Below, piece after piece: positions 47,728 to 59,138 of a stretch of 64,000 nucleotides of DNA (positions are counted from its first letter, which is position 1; each line of letters starts with the position of its first letter). This DNA comes from Bugula neritina (taxonomy: Eukaryota; Animalia; Bryozoa), in contig OZ037772.1 in assembly GCA_964035545.1 (NCBI GenBank), forward strand, positions 1,550,001-1,614,000. Reading direction: 5' to 3'. The notes under the pieces were generated by a model. That model saw only the letters and a program-made list of their open reading frames with translations. It did no database searches and was not told the DNA's origin. Both the position numbers and the translations under genes were made by a program.

Positions 47728-48431
47728 GAAACGAGGCATCACACTTGGTGTGATTATCAGCATTTTTTGCAGGCGCTTCTATCCGTGTGTAGTAATTTGT
47801 GCAATTACTGAGCGTGAGTTATTTACTTGCGTATAGTTAGCTGGTTATTCTGTTATCAATTACTAGGGTAGCTGTCGAGTAATTATATTTATTATCCACA
47901 ATAAAGCATAAACCAAACATCACATCAAATTATCCTATACAAGAGTCAACTACTAACACATGTTACTACTACAAGCCTCCGCTTACAACAACGTGATATA
48001 ATGTTAATAACCCGGGAAGTGTCACGTGACTCGGAAGCATATCTTCCGGAGCTGCTAATTGGTTGCTACATAAGAGTCTAAGTATTCCAAGAGTAGGGAG
48101 AGGGCGATTCCTGTATTTGTACTTGCACTACTCACTACACCGTCCCCCCCAGCAGAAAGCCCTACTTTCTGATAACACAATAAAAAAAACATAATGAAAA
48201 ACCATACAATAATCCAAAAAGGAAAATATACATAAGTAAACCCACAAAGAGTAAGAAAAGAAATAGTCAAACACGACAACGTTTACATTAGAAGACAACA
48301 GGGTGATCGATCACACACATCTAGTCAGCTATTAAGAGAGAGGGTGCTTACCAGCACGCGGGCCAATGTCGGAGCGCTCGTCACATCCTAAACGAGCTAT
48401 AGCTCAACGAAGGTGCCTACCCCAGGCATTC

Positions 48432-49145
48432 TCATTGGTTGGACTCTGCTTCTTGTAGCGACCGTGCTCTGTGTCGAGCCTGTCGGGCCCGTAGCCGCCT
48501 CTTCAGTCGCCCTACTGAGTCCTTCAACTGGTATAGACCTGTCGTCGTATCCAGCAAGTCAGGGGCAAGTTGTGTGAATTCGGCTTGTAGTCTTAGAAGC
48601 CGCTCTTCTACGTTAGCCAGCTGGCTAGGCCTTGGTGGGGTTATAGGGGTCTCCGTTATACGGGATATGGTTGTTTCTTCTACTTCTGGGGTGTTGCTAG
48701 GGTTGACGGGGGTAGGAGGTGGGCCCTGAACCATAGGGGACTTATGGCGGGCAGATAGTAACAGTACGTGAAACCCTGACGTTAGTGCGGCCAGGGTAAT
48801 AGCCTTCCTGATGACTGGCTTGATGGCATCCAGGTATAGGGGGAAACTGTCTTCATCAACAGTGTGGTTCTCTCCGGCGAAGCAGCTTAGCTTATGTACT
48901 GTCACGGGATACGGGTAGACGTCGTGGAACCCGCAGGGACAGAAGTGGAGTAGGAAATGGGCATCTACATGTAAACGCAAGGAGCGGTGCGACGGGCACT
49001 CCTCAAAGCAGACCTGGCAGGTTCGGTGTGGTCCACTGGGTCCCCAGGCTTCTTCAATTCTCCTCTCTGTCGTGGGTGACACCCAACGGTGTCGTCGGCG
49101 GAGTACTACTGGTATGCCATTCTCCATTACAGGCTCTTCTTCCAT
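48432..49145 (-). CDS. Accessory ORF3 (~237 aa from ATG 49145): C2H2 + C2HC zinc fingers, Pro/Thr linker, coiled coil, Arg-rich tail
   Basis: CQVC-x12-H-x3-H, then CPC-x12-H-x3-C; heptad LANVEERLLRLQAEFTQL...LYQLKDSVGRLKRRLRARQARHRAR; open frame, same strand as gag, upstream of the PPT. Confidence 0.75.
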   Translation of the reverse strand: MEEEPVMENGIPVVLRRRHRWVSPTTERRIEEAWGPSGPHRTCQVCFEECPSHRSLRLHVDAHFLLHFCPCGFHDVYPYPVTVHKLSCFAGENHTVDEDSFPLYLDAIKPVIRKAITLAALTSGFHVLLLSARHKSPMVQGPPPTPVNPSNTPEVEETTISRITETPITPPRPSQLANVEERLLRLQAEFTQLAPDLLDTTTGLYQLKDSVGRLKRRLRARQARHRARSLQEAESNQ

Positions 49146-49508
49146 AGACAGAGAGGTTGGCTGGTCCCGTGACCGGGAGGTGGTCACTCGAGTGTGATCT
49201 GAAAGAGTAGCAGTGTTAAAGATTATACACTGAGGCACCGTCGGCGTGTACAGCCTGACCGGTACTCTGTTCAGTTACACTCGTGAGATTCAGGCTAATG
49301 AATAGTTGATGGAGAACACACTCGCTATGACAGATTATTTAAAATCAAAGTCGACGTGTATTCCCACCACTGTTTATCATTATCGAATCTCCAGCTTAGC
49401 TAGTGTAGCTAAGCTGACTGATGCAGTCTAGTTATCGTACCAAAAACATAATTAACTCACCCTTCGATCCAGAATAGTAAGACATTTTGGAATGAAAGTG
49501 GTAACTGA

Positions 49509-51030
49509 CTACTGTTTACTGGCACGTCTACTCTCGACTGCATCAACATAGGAAAAGACCGGACAGCGTGGTTGTGAAACGTGACTAGGGCTTTTCACTT
49601 CCAGCGGATGAATCTCGTGTGAGATTCCGCCGAGGCAAAAGTTGAGATTCTCGTGGTGATCACAACTCCCACGGCTCTTTGCCTGTTTTGCCATGCGAGG
49701 CCTCTCTAGACTTTTGTTACTGCCGCTTATACCGCGGTCACGTACACAGTCTCTGAGACACGCTGGAAGTTGCCTAGTGTGTGGTCCTGGTCCTATGTTG
49801 GTATCTCCTTGCGGAGCCCCTCCCACGGGGGGTTTTTGCACTTCCGGACCTGTTTCTGGTTCCGGAAGTGGTGATGATGGCAGGCTTGACGTTGGGGGCG
49901 GTGGGCGCACTTTCAAGGACGGAAGTGGCCTTTCTCGCCTCGCCAAGTCTTCCTGACGTGTCATGGAGGTGTTTCCGGCCAGGTTGACAGTCTCCGCCTG
50001 CCGAGACCTTCTCGCACAATGCGTCTGCCGCCCCGCTTCACCAGGGAGACGGCTATGCTTGTTGGTCTGGCAGACTTTGCACCGTCTCACTCTGCGTCGG
50101 ATATCCCGTTCCATGTTAGGCCAGTACCACCGGAGTTGTAGCTTGGTGACCACCCCTTGGACTCCTCCGTGAGTCTCCTCGTGGGTGTCTTGTATCAACT
50201 TCCGGCGGATGGCAACTGGGCAGACAACCCTCTTCCTGGCTGGCTGTCCGTTGTTGGCGGCCAAGGTCATGGTTAGCAGACCATCTGGCCCGACCCGCAG
50301 AGAGCTCCAACGTTGACAGTACAGCCGTAACTCGGCGCATCCCTGTCGCCGTTGTGTACTACTGGGTCGTCGCCCCTCCTGTTTCGCTCGGTACACGTCG
50401 GCTACCACCCCAGGAAGGCATTCCTGGAGCTTCGGCAGCTCCCTAACGTTACCAGCCCATACAGGTTTGGCGCGGAGGCTCTGGGCAGCCTCCGGGGGCG
50501 TGTCAGCCCTCTGTTGAAGTGGCTGAGCAGGGGCGGTCCTCGCCGCCCGTGGTACCTCACGGCAGCCTGCTCTATTTAGGCGGGCTCCGTGGTCTGTGTG
50601 GCTGAACGCCTCACTGTACCCATGTGGCAACCTAGCCATAGCCTGGCGCTTCCCGTTGCCTGTGCAGCCACGCGTCCCTGGAGGAGGGGAGGCGTGGGTT
50701 GGGACGGTCCTCCGCCCTCGAGACGGGCTCTGCTGAGGACCTTCCGTCGTAGCTCCCGACGACGGCCCAATGGCTTCCTCCTGGACAGGATGGAAGCGAC
50801 CCAGCATGGATCTGGGTGGTAGGTCTACTGTCTCTGAGAAGGGGTTGACACACTGCACTGAGATCTCTCCTTGCCCCGTGAGCCGGCTAAAACTACGGGC
50901 AAGTTGGACTCTCGAGTGCGTACTTTCGACAACTCCCAACTTAGAGGTTTGGCCACCGTCTACCTTGCAGCGGACGGTAGCCCGGGAGTGGCCTGGTATA
51001 GTACAGCTCCGTACTACCTGGCAGGAAGTA
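49509..51030 (-). CDS. Collapsed pol remnant ORF: post-protease region fused to the integrase H2C2 zinc-binding domain; no RT, RNase H or DDE core
   Basis: QVVRSCTIPGHSRATV...VQCVNPFSE; LIQDTHEETHGG...RWYWPNMERDIRRRVRRCKVCQ; no YxDD, D[ST]G or DDE motifs visible in the ORF track. Confidence 0.75.
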
Positions 51031-51338
51031 GCTACTTCCGTGCGGCTGCAATTGAGTGTGCCGTGGTTGCACCTCCCTCGCTGTGGGTCGAGGGGTCCAC
51101 GGTTGGCGGCGACTATTGACCAGCTGCCGAGGTTGAGGCGGTACGCCTTGCGGCGCTTGTATCGTTTCCCTCGCAGGCTCTGTGGTCAACCGTCTGCCGG
51201 CTCCGTGTTGGTGCCGGAGTGGCGTAGAGGACCCAGGCGGCAAGTGGTTTGAGCCTACTTGCCGCGGGGGTCGCCACTTCACAGCATCTCCGCGCGGCGC
51301 CCAGCGGGGCGACAGACGCGCGGGCCTCCCTGGGTGAT

Positions 51339-52289
51339 TCACAGACGGCCCGCAGGAGGTGGGAACATCTGCGGGCCGGGGTAGTTTAACCCTGGTGGGA
51401 GTTGAGGGCAGTTTCTCTGGAAATGTCCTGGCCTTCCGCATTCCCAGCAGAAGTGGTGCCCCATGCCTGGTGATTGTACCTGCGGCCCGTAAGGCTCACG
51501 GGCAGTATCTACCTGGCTTGGGGAGGCTAATGTGGTGACCAGTTTATCTAGCATGTCAGTCATCTGTGAGATTTTTGACGCTAGTGACATCTGGTTCACA
51601 CTAGCCACCGCGGAGGGTTCCGCATTTAATTCAGTGTGAGCAGTAGAGTGCTCCGTGGTCACCTGGCGGGAGGCCACGCGGTTGCGGTGCATATGAGTCG
51701 CCAAGAGATAGGCTTCTCCCACCGCAAGTGCATCTTCGACTGTGGTGACTCCCCTCGCTTGGAGTTGATGGTGGAGCCCCAAATCGTTGATGGACTGCAC
51801 GAAGGCATCATAGGTATACCTCTCACGGTGTACCGGAGGCAGATCGCGGAATGCAATCTGCGCTAATGGGTACACCGTGGCAGCGTGCTCTTCTAGTGAC
51901 GTGTGAGGATCACGCCGCATCCTCTGTAGACGGGCCCGCGCATCTATGGGAGAGATGCCAAAACGGGCCCGCAGGGAAGCAAAGATTCCGTCTATGTCAG
52001 GTCCAGCTCCGTACGGCTTAGCTTTGCCCGTCAGCGCCATCCTGAGCTTTAGCAACGCCACCCTTGGCGGCCATTCTGCAATCTCCATTACATCCTGGAA
52101 TTCTTGGATGAACTGCTCCACTGCTTCTTCGCCAGTGAAGTTGGGCGCCTTCAGCCGATATCTATCTTCACCATGCTCTCTAAGAATTCTCACTTCTTCA
52201 TCTAACACCACTGGTTCCACAGGTATATCAACATTATCTCTCTCACCTTCATTCAGTGGAATGGGTAGCTCCGTGCCGTCTTCTGCCAT
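51339..52289 (-). CDS. gag: Gag (capsid + CCHC nucleocapsid) of the Gypsy-type element
   Basis: ATG ~15 nt after the PBS; KAPNFTGEEAVEQFIQEF...W...LRMALTGKA capsid motif; CWECGRPGHFQRNC zinc knuckle; uninterrupted. Confidence 0.9.
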   Translation of the reverse strand: MAEDGTELPIPLNEGERDNVDIPVEPVVLDEEVRILREHGEDRYRLKAPNFTGEEAVEQFIQEFQDVMEIAEWPPRVALLKLRMALTGKAKPYGAGPDIDGIFASLRARFGISPIDARARLQRMRRDPHTSLEEHAATVYPLAQIAFRDLPPVHRERYTYDAFVQSINDLGLHHQLQARGVTTVEDALAVGEAYLLATHMHRNRVASRQVTTEHSTAHTELNAEPSAVASVNQMSLASKISQMTDMLDKLVTTLASPSQVDTAREPYGPQVQSPGMGHHFCWECGRPGHFQRNCPQLPPGLNYPGPQMFPPPAGRL

Positions 52290-53181
52290 GACTGCTATAC
52301 GCAAGATCCCACCGCTGCCACCACTGTAGTAATTTGTGCAATTACTGAGCGTGAGTTATTTACTTGCGTATAGTTAGCTGGTTATTCTGTTATCAATTAC
52401 TAGGGTAGCTGTCGAGTAATTATATTTATTATCCACAATAAAGCATAAACCAAACATCACATCAAATTATCCTATACAAGAGTCAACTACTAACACATGT
52501 TACTACTACAAGCCTCCGCTTACAACAACGTGATATAATGTTAATAACCCGGGAAGTGTCACGTGACTCGGAAGCATATCTTCCGGAGCTGCTAATTGGT
52601 TGCTACATAAGAGTCTAAGTATTCCAAGAGTAGGGAGAGGGCGATTCCTGTATTTGTACTTGCACTACTCACTACACGTGTACAGCCTGTCCTAGTGATG
52701 GACAAATCTGTCACCATGGTGTCTGTAAAGAGGGCTGTCAGGTGAGTAGTCGCTATGACCTACACTGCGAGTTATTGATGACTTTCATACTATGAGTTGT
52801 GACTACCTACTATAATTTATACTGCGAGTCCAAGTAGCTGCTGTAACTTATGCTGTGAGTCATGACTAACTGAAATCACTTATACTGTGAGTCATGACTA
52901 ACTGATATCACTTATACTGTGAGTCAATTATCAAAAATAGCAAAGAAGTAGAGATATGTTGTGTATGTGAGATATGTGAGGTTATTTAGTGACTAGTTCG
53001 CTATTTATAGAGTTTTGTTTCTATTAATAGACTGTACTGAAGATGAACAATGTGGATCTGAGTTTACTGAATGCATATCCAACATATGCTATCAGCTTTA
53101 TCCTCTCAACAATCCAGATCTTTCTTATGCTGAGCAGGACAGACTCTTTGATGATCCGCTGGATCTACAGAATGATGGTAA

Positions 53182-53697
53182 GTTACTCTGTTAGTACACT
53201 TACTCTGTTAGTATAGTTACTCTGTTAGTATAGTTACTCTGTTAGTACAATTACTCTGTTAGTTTAGTTACTCTGTTAGTATAGTTACTCTGTTAGTACA
53301 GTTACTCTGTTAGTACAGTTACTCTGTTAGTACAGTTACTCTGTTAGTACAGTTACTATGTTAGTATAGTTACTCTGTTAGTATAGTTACTCTGTTAGTA
53401 CAGTTACTATGTTAGTATAGTTACTCTGTTAGTATAGTTACTCTGTTAGTATAGTTACTCTGTTAGTATAGTTACTCTGTTAGTACAGTTACTCTGCTAG
53501 TACAGTTACTCTGCTAGTACAGTTACTATGTTAGTATAGTTACTCTGTTAGTATAGTTACTTTGTTAGTACAGTTACTCTGTTAGTATAGTTACTCTGTT
53601 AGTACAGTTACTCTGTTAGTATAGTTACTCTGTTAGTATAGTTACTCTGTTAGTATAGTTACTCTGTTAGTATAGTCACTCTGTTAGTATAGTTACA
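53182..53697. repeat. 17-bp satellite (gttactctgttagtata), shorter version of 27768-29200
   Basis: Visible tandem array. Confidence 0.95.
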
Positions 53698-54531
53698 GTA
53701 AAAGTTTGCTAGTCATAATAACTTGCACTGTTAGTTGCTCGACAAGTTATTCTACATCTGTTGTAGCCACAACCAAAGTGGTGTCTATATCTCCTGCTAG
53801 TGACTCGAGTAATGACTCATATGTAATTGTAATTAATTACATATCTAATGTAATTGATTTTTGCAATTACTTTACAATTACATCTCAATTACTTTAAACT
53901 TTTAAATCTTAAAATCTTAAGAAATTTATTCTTTTTTAGCATGACTACTGTTAAATAACAAGTACAGATTAAGTCAATGTAGTATAGTATCACTTTTGCG
54001 AACAAAGCACGTTCACCCCTGTCAAAATTGCCCCTGCTAGGTGGACCCTAGAGGTGAAATTGCATAACTTCCATTTGTCCTTTGTGAGAACAAAAGTAAT
54101 TGTAATTGTAATTAATTGCTTTACAATGTAGTTTTGTACTGTAATTAATTACATTTATTTCAACTGTAATTATAATTGTAATTGTAATTGACAAATTCTC
54201 ATGTAATTGTAATTAGTTACATTCACATGTAATTGACCCCAACCCTGGTTTATTATGGAGCTCATACTTTTATTGTTCAAGGTCTAGATGTATTCTCCAC
54301 CATGTTTTTACTAGAAGTAAACTTTAATTTGGTAATAAGTATAAAATAAACTGTTGTTTCGCATTTTAGAGTTTACTATTGCCTGAATATTGTATTGAGA
54401 ATATTGGCTTAACAATTCCAGTGCAGCGATGTGATTGGCCTGACAATATCAAAGTAGTGATGTGATTGGCTACTCTGTTCTGTTCTGCAGGGCCATGCCT
54501 ACTTGTATTATGTGTTAATCTTGTTTTGCAG

Positions 54532-57500
54532 TGAACAGAAAGGGAGAATGGGTCCCAAAAGACACCCGGGATCTTACCATGGAGAGGAAGGGTTCACCCG
54601 ATGTTGATGGCCTGCCTGGTATATCCGGCAATCCTGGAGTTGCAGGAGAAAGGAGACCACCTTGTTTTTCAGGAGATACCGGACTTTTTGGAGAACCAGG
54701 TAATGTTTATGCTCAATTGAGTTTAATCTGTCAAGTTATGTTGGGATCTTTTTCGTTTTCGTTATTTTATGTTTGTTACGTAGAAAAAGGAAAAAACTCT
54801 GTCTTGGAGCATTTTGGTTTTTTTAGAGAGCTTTGGATTATTTGATTATGGTCTACACAGGGGTGTAGACAAACTAAACTAGACAGGGGTGTAGACAGAA
54901 TAAAATACACAGGGCTGTAAACAGACTAAACTACACTGGGGTGTAGACAGACTAAGCTTGACAGGGGCGTAGACAGACTAAACAACACAGAGGTGTAGAC
55001 AGACTAAACTAGACAGGGGTGTAGACAGACTAAACTACACAGGGCTGTAGACAGACTAGACTAACCAGTGGTCTAGATGGACTAAACCTCCTACGAACTT
55101 ACAATTACCTTGCGTCATGACGTCTCTATTCTCTCCTATAATTTGACTTTTATTTAGCGAGCAGATTTCTAGTAGGCTATTCTATAGTGACCAGTCACAC
55201 TGTTTATTATAGCAACATAGAAATCAAGTTGAAAACTAGTTGCACCTGTTGTGATGCTATCAATGGGTGCTTACAGGTAGAGACGGAGTACCTGGACCTG
55301 TTGAGATCGGTTATCAGGGTAAACAAGGAGATCAAGGTTCTGCAGGTAAGAATGAGGAGTGACTCACCCTTGCTTGTGTATTTCTGTTCTTTTTAGGTAT
55401 TCTATAATATGCTGGGGTTCCCCTCACACTTATGCTATATGCTGGGGTTCTCCTCGCAGCTAGTCTGCACTAAAGCAGGGTGTAGGCTAAGTAATCATAC
55501 TGAATCCCAGCAGTGATTGTTACTTCAACTGACAGGATTACTATGTATGATAGTTGCTCTGACTGGTTTCTATGGATCATTTTTACCATACTGTTTACCA
55601 CATGATGCATTGTCTGAGTAAAAACAAGGAAACAAAGAAATATACCAGAAATGTTGAGAAATTTTGTGTTCCAGAATTAATAAATGACCACTTGTAGTGC
55701 ATACTGGTGCTGCTTGGCTCATAGGACAAGCCGGACAAGCTGGAGAACCTGGTCTGCATGGCAGAAATGGAAAGACAGGAGAAACTGGACAAACTGGTAT
55801 GCCTGGTCCAACCAGCTCAAGGGGATTCACAGGAGAACGCGGATCTGATGGAAGGTATTTTTTGTGCTTTACTCTACCCTATTCAGCTTCTTGGTACTTT
55901 TTATTTGATTTAGTTTCTATAATTTGTTGTCAATTTTCTCAGAGACGGTTTACCTAGAGTACTGGGTGCTGATGGTAGACCTGGGGAGCAGGGTGATCAA
56001 GGACCTCCTGGCTCCATGGGTCCAGTGGGAATCCCCGGTAACCAGGGACCTGAAGGTGCTCAAGGGTGATAAGGCAGGAACATTCTTTATTCAGTTTTCT
56101 CTTTATTTCAGTTCTCTGGTTTTCCACTAGTCAATCCTGTAGTTGTTTATTTGTTTTAGTTTATTTATGTTAATACTAGAGTTGCTTTAGTGACATCACA
56201 TCATGTAATATATTACATAACAGTACAGTATAATACACCATAATATAATATGTTATACAATACAATAATATTACAGAAAATATAGTTCACTAATATCTCA
56301 CAGCTAAGTTGTGTCTCCTAAATATATTCATTACTATAGGGGCCAGCTGGGCCACAGGGTGCTTCTGGACCAACTGGATTGTCTGGGCCAACTGGTCCTC
56401 AGAGACCCCACGGAGCTTCCGGTAATTCCCGGCGAACAAGGACCTAAAGGTATGAATGAAGTTGAACCAATCTTTGTCCTTAGTTATTAGCCATCAACAG
56501 AATCTTGACTCTAAGAGTTATCCTTCTTGGTAAGAAGGTAAGGCAACTCCTAACTCATGATAATATGAATATCATCTGCTGTTGTAGGACCCACTGGTTT
56601 CCAGGGACCGCAGGGATTCTCCGGAGCTCCCGGTATTGATGGTGAAAGGGGAGATGTTGGACCAGTGGGTATTGCTGGACCACCTGGGCTACCGGGTGCA
56701 GACGGCTAACAAGGAATTACTGGTTCTCCTGGTGCTATGGGACCACCTGGACCTGATGGTGCTAAGGTAAACACTTACACTGCTAACAGGTTATTGTTAC
56801 TCATCTTGTTAGTTTAGTTGTAATAAACCAATAGTCTGTATTTCTAGGGTGAACAAGGGAGAGATGGTGAAATGGGTAGTCCTGGCAGACCTGGACCTCC
56901 TGGTGAAGCCCCAGTATTTGGTTAGTTATTAGCAAAACCAAGTTATTGTTCATTACTTGTATCTTTTTCATTCTCTTTCAACTGTGTTTTGGTAATATTT
57001 TGGGAATTTCATCCGTAGCCTGTGATTGAAGCTTTATTTTATTCTACCATGGGTTATGTTAGGTGCTCCCCCTATGATGATGAGTGCAATGATGTCCAAC
57101 AGTAAAGGTGTACAAGCAGATGATGCAGGCGCCAACAATGAGCTCTATAATATGTACCTCAGTGAGTAATGGCCATGATGTGCTTTGATGTTGCCTGCTT
57201 TGTAGTGGAAAGGTCTTTTTGAATGCTGTTTTGGAACTCAAATGGAAGACTTGTTTCAAATTGTTTATGTTTTTGCAGACAAACAATTTTATAATTTACT
57301 GCTAGAAACTATTGTAATAAAAATATAGACAGCTGTTGTAATGTGTTTCTCCTCCTAGCATTGATGATTGACATTCTTGTTTGATGAGTCACCTATTTAG
57401 TTCATTTCTCCAGTTAAATGTTGCTACATTCTGACATATTATATAATGTTGGTTTTATTGCTGTTGGCTTACATCACTACTTCCACCTTATTTCTCTAGA

Positions 57501-59138
57501 AACAAAAGTAAGGGACGGGTCCAAAGACAGCCCTGTTAGAGACTGTAGAGAACTCTTCACTGAAAACCCAGAGTTCAAGAGTGGAACTTATTGGGTGAGA
57601 GAAGATGCTGATATGTTTCTTTTTTTCTGCTCAGAGGAAATCTGTATCCAAGTCTTACGACTGAAATTCTGTGAACATGTTTTATATTCTACAATTACTA
57701 CTCCTGAGATGTCAATATAATGTCATGTGAAGTTTCTACAGATATTTAATGAATTGTTGTTTAGGAAAAAGAGTTTTCCCATGAGTTGCCTGTATTATAT
57801 AATTCTGTATATTCAGCAGCTGAACAGGTTTTAGTAGTTTCATTTGATATTAGCATTATGTTAGTGTGAAATAGAGAAGTTGTATTCTCTATTGTTTGTT
57901 GTCAGGTGGATCCAGATGGTGGCTCCATAGCTAATGCTATTCAGGCTTACTGTCACAAGGAAATGAAGAGCACTTGTATCAATGCCAAGAACTCTGAGTT
58001 TGCCACCAAATCGTACGTCACCCAGCAGCTAGATAATCAGCCATTCGTTGCTAAACACATGGGAACAGCACTCGTAAGTGTTTATCTTGTATCAACCATG
58101 ACTGTCTTAGTAATAGTCAAGAATATCCAAGTGAGAATTTTCAAAAGTTTTATGTTGATAGGTGTAGCTATAGTAACATATTTGTATACTGTATGGATGT
58201 TGATAAGTGTTGCTATAGTAACATGTTGATTTCCTGTATGGATGTTGATAAGTGTTGCTATAGTAACATGTTGATTTCCTGTATGGATTGTAGTTTGAGT
58301 ATCAGGCAGAGTCTTCCCAACTCAACTTCCTTCGAATTCATTCTGAGAGAGCAAAGCAAACCCTGACTTACAGGTAATAGTCACTGCTAGCAGCTTATCA
58401 AATAGTCACTAGTCGCTAGTCACCAGATATTAGTCCTCTACTCTGTTGCAAGTCACTTGATAATCTGAACAATCACTGGCTTCTTTTTAAGCTGAGCGAG
58501 TTGTTGGCATGACTATTCCTTTTGCCGATCGTAGATGTATAAACTCAGTGGCAGTAGAGGACGCATGCGGTAGGAAGAATAAGTCAGTCATTTTATATAC
58601 AGCTGGTGAAAAAAGAATACACAGCAACAGATAGCAGGTTCCGATCTTCAGTGCTGCAGGATGATTGCAAGCTATGTAAATCTGACCTGTACAGTGTAAA
58701 TCTAATCTATATACTGTAAATCTGACGTATATAATGTAAATCTGACCTATATAGTGTAAATTTGACTTATATAGTGTAAATCTGACCTATATAGTGTAAA
58801 TCTAATCTATATAGTGTAAATTCTACCTACATATGAACATGATTGTGATAGTTGCATCTCTTTTTCTATTAAGATGCAATATAGCTTGCCTTTGAAGCTT
58901 TTTAACAACTACTTATGAGTTCAACCCAAAAGCCACTTTGATTTCTGTGCGAGTTTAGAATTTTGAGTTTGCCCTCTGCCATTTTGTAGAATTCCAAATA
59001 CTATCAGAAGCTCTGACAGTGATTGAGATTTACACCAAGACCGCCACCCACTTGCCTATTATTGACATTGCTCCTATTGACATCTGGACCACCCACAAAG
59101 AGTTTGGGGTTCAGCTTGGAGAAGTCTGCTTTTCATAG
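54532..59138 (+). pseudogene. Fibrillar collagen pseudogene, copy 2: Gly-X-Y exons (54532-54699, 55277-55345, 55697-55853, 55942-~56074, 56340-56449, 56588-56766, 56848-~56920) and COLFI exons (57500-57594, 57906-58053, 58294-58373, 58535-58671, 58990-59138)
   Basis: GQAGQAGEPGLHGRNGKTGETG..., GSKDSPVRDCREL...FKSGTYW|VDPDGGSIANAIQAYC, HLPIIDIAP..EFGVQLGEVCFS*; TAA at ~56707, frameshifts at ~56428 and ~58610, donor GT>CT at 58672. Confidence 0.92.

Larger units (their letters stand above)
47788..52676 (-). mobile_element. Ty3/Gypsy-type LTR retroelement, non-autonomous (pol-deleted), young; LTRs 52325-52676 (5') and 47788-48139 (3')
   Basis: 352-bp LTRs identical by eye, TGTAGT...ACTACA; TSD CGTG (47784-47787, 52677-52680); 18-nt PBS TGGTGGCAGCGGTGGGAT complementary to the tRNA-Leu 3' end; G-rich PPT at ~48140-48150. 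Confidence 0.97.
47728..53823 (+). pseudogene. Cys-rich exons, copy 2 (split by the Gypsy insertion, partly deleted)
   Basis: 47728-47787 + 52677-53823 are colinear with 26956-29328; the first exon is broken at ccgtg by the LTR element. Confidence 0.85.

Noticed and set aside
48432-49238. ORF3 as a retroviral env
   Set aside because: No signal peptide, fusion peptide or C-terminal TM anchor; zinc-finger spacing instead
43686-52329. Many plus-strand ORFs within the two LTR elements
   Set aside because: Antisense shadows of the GC-richer coding strands, with no motifs
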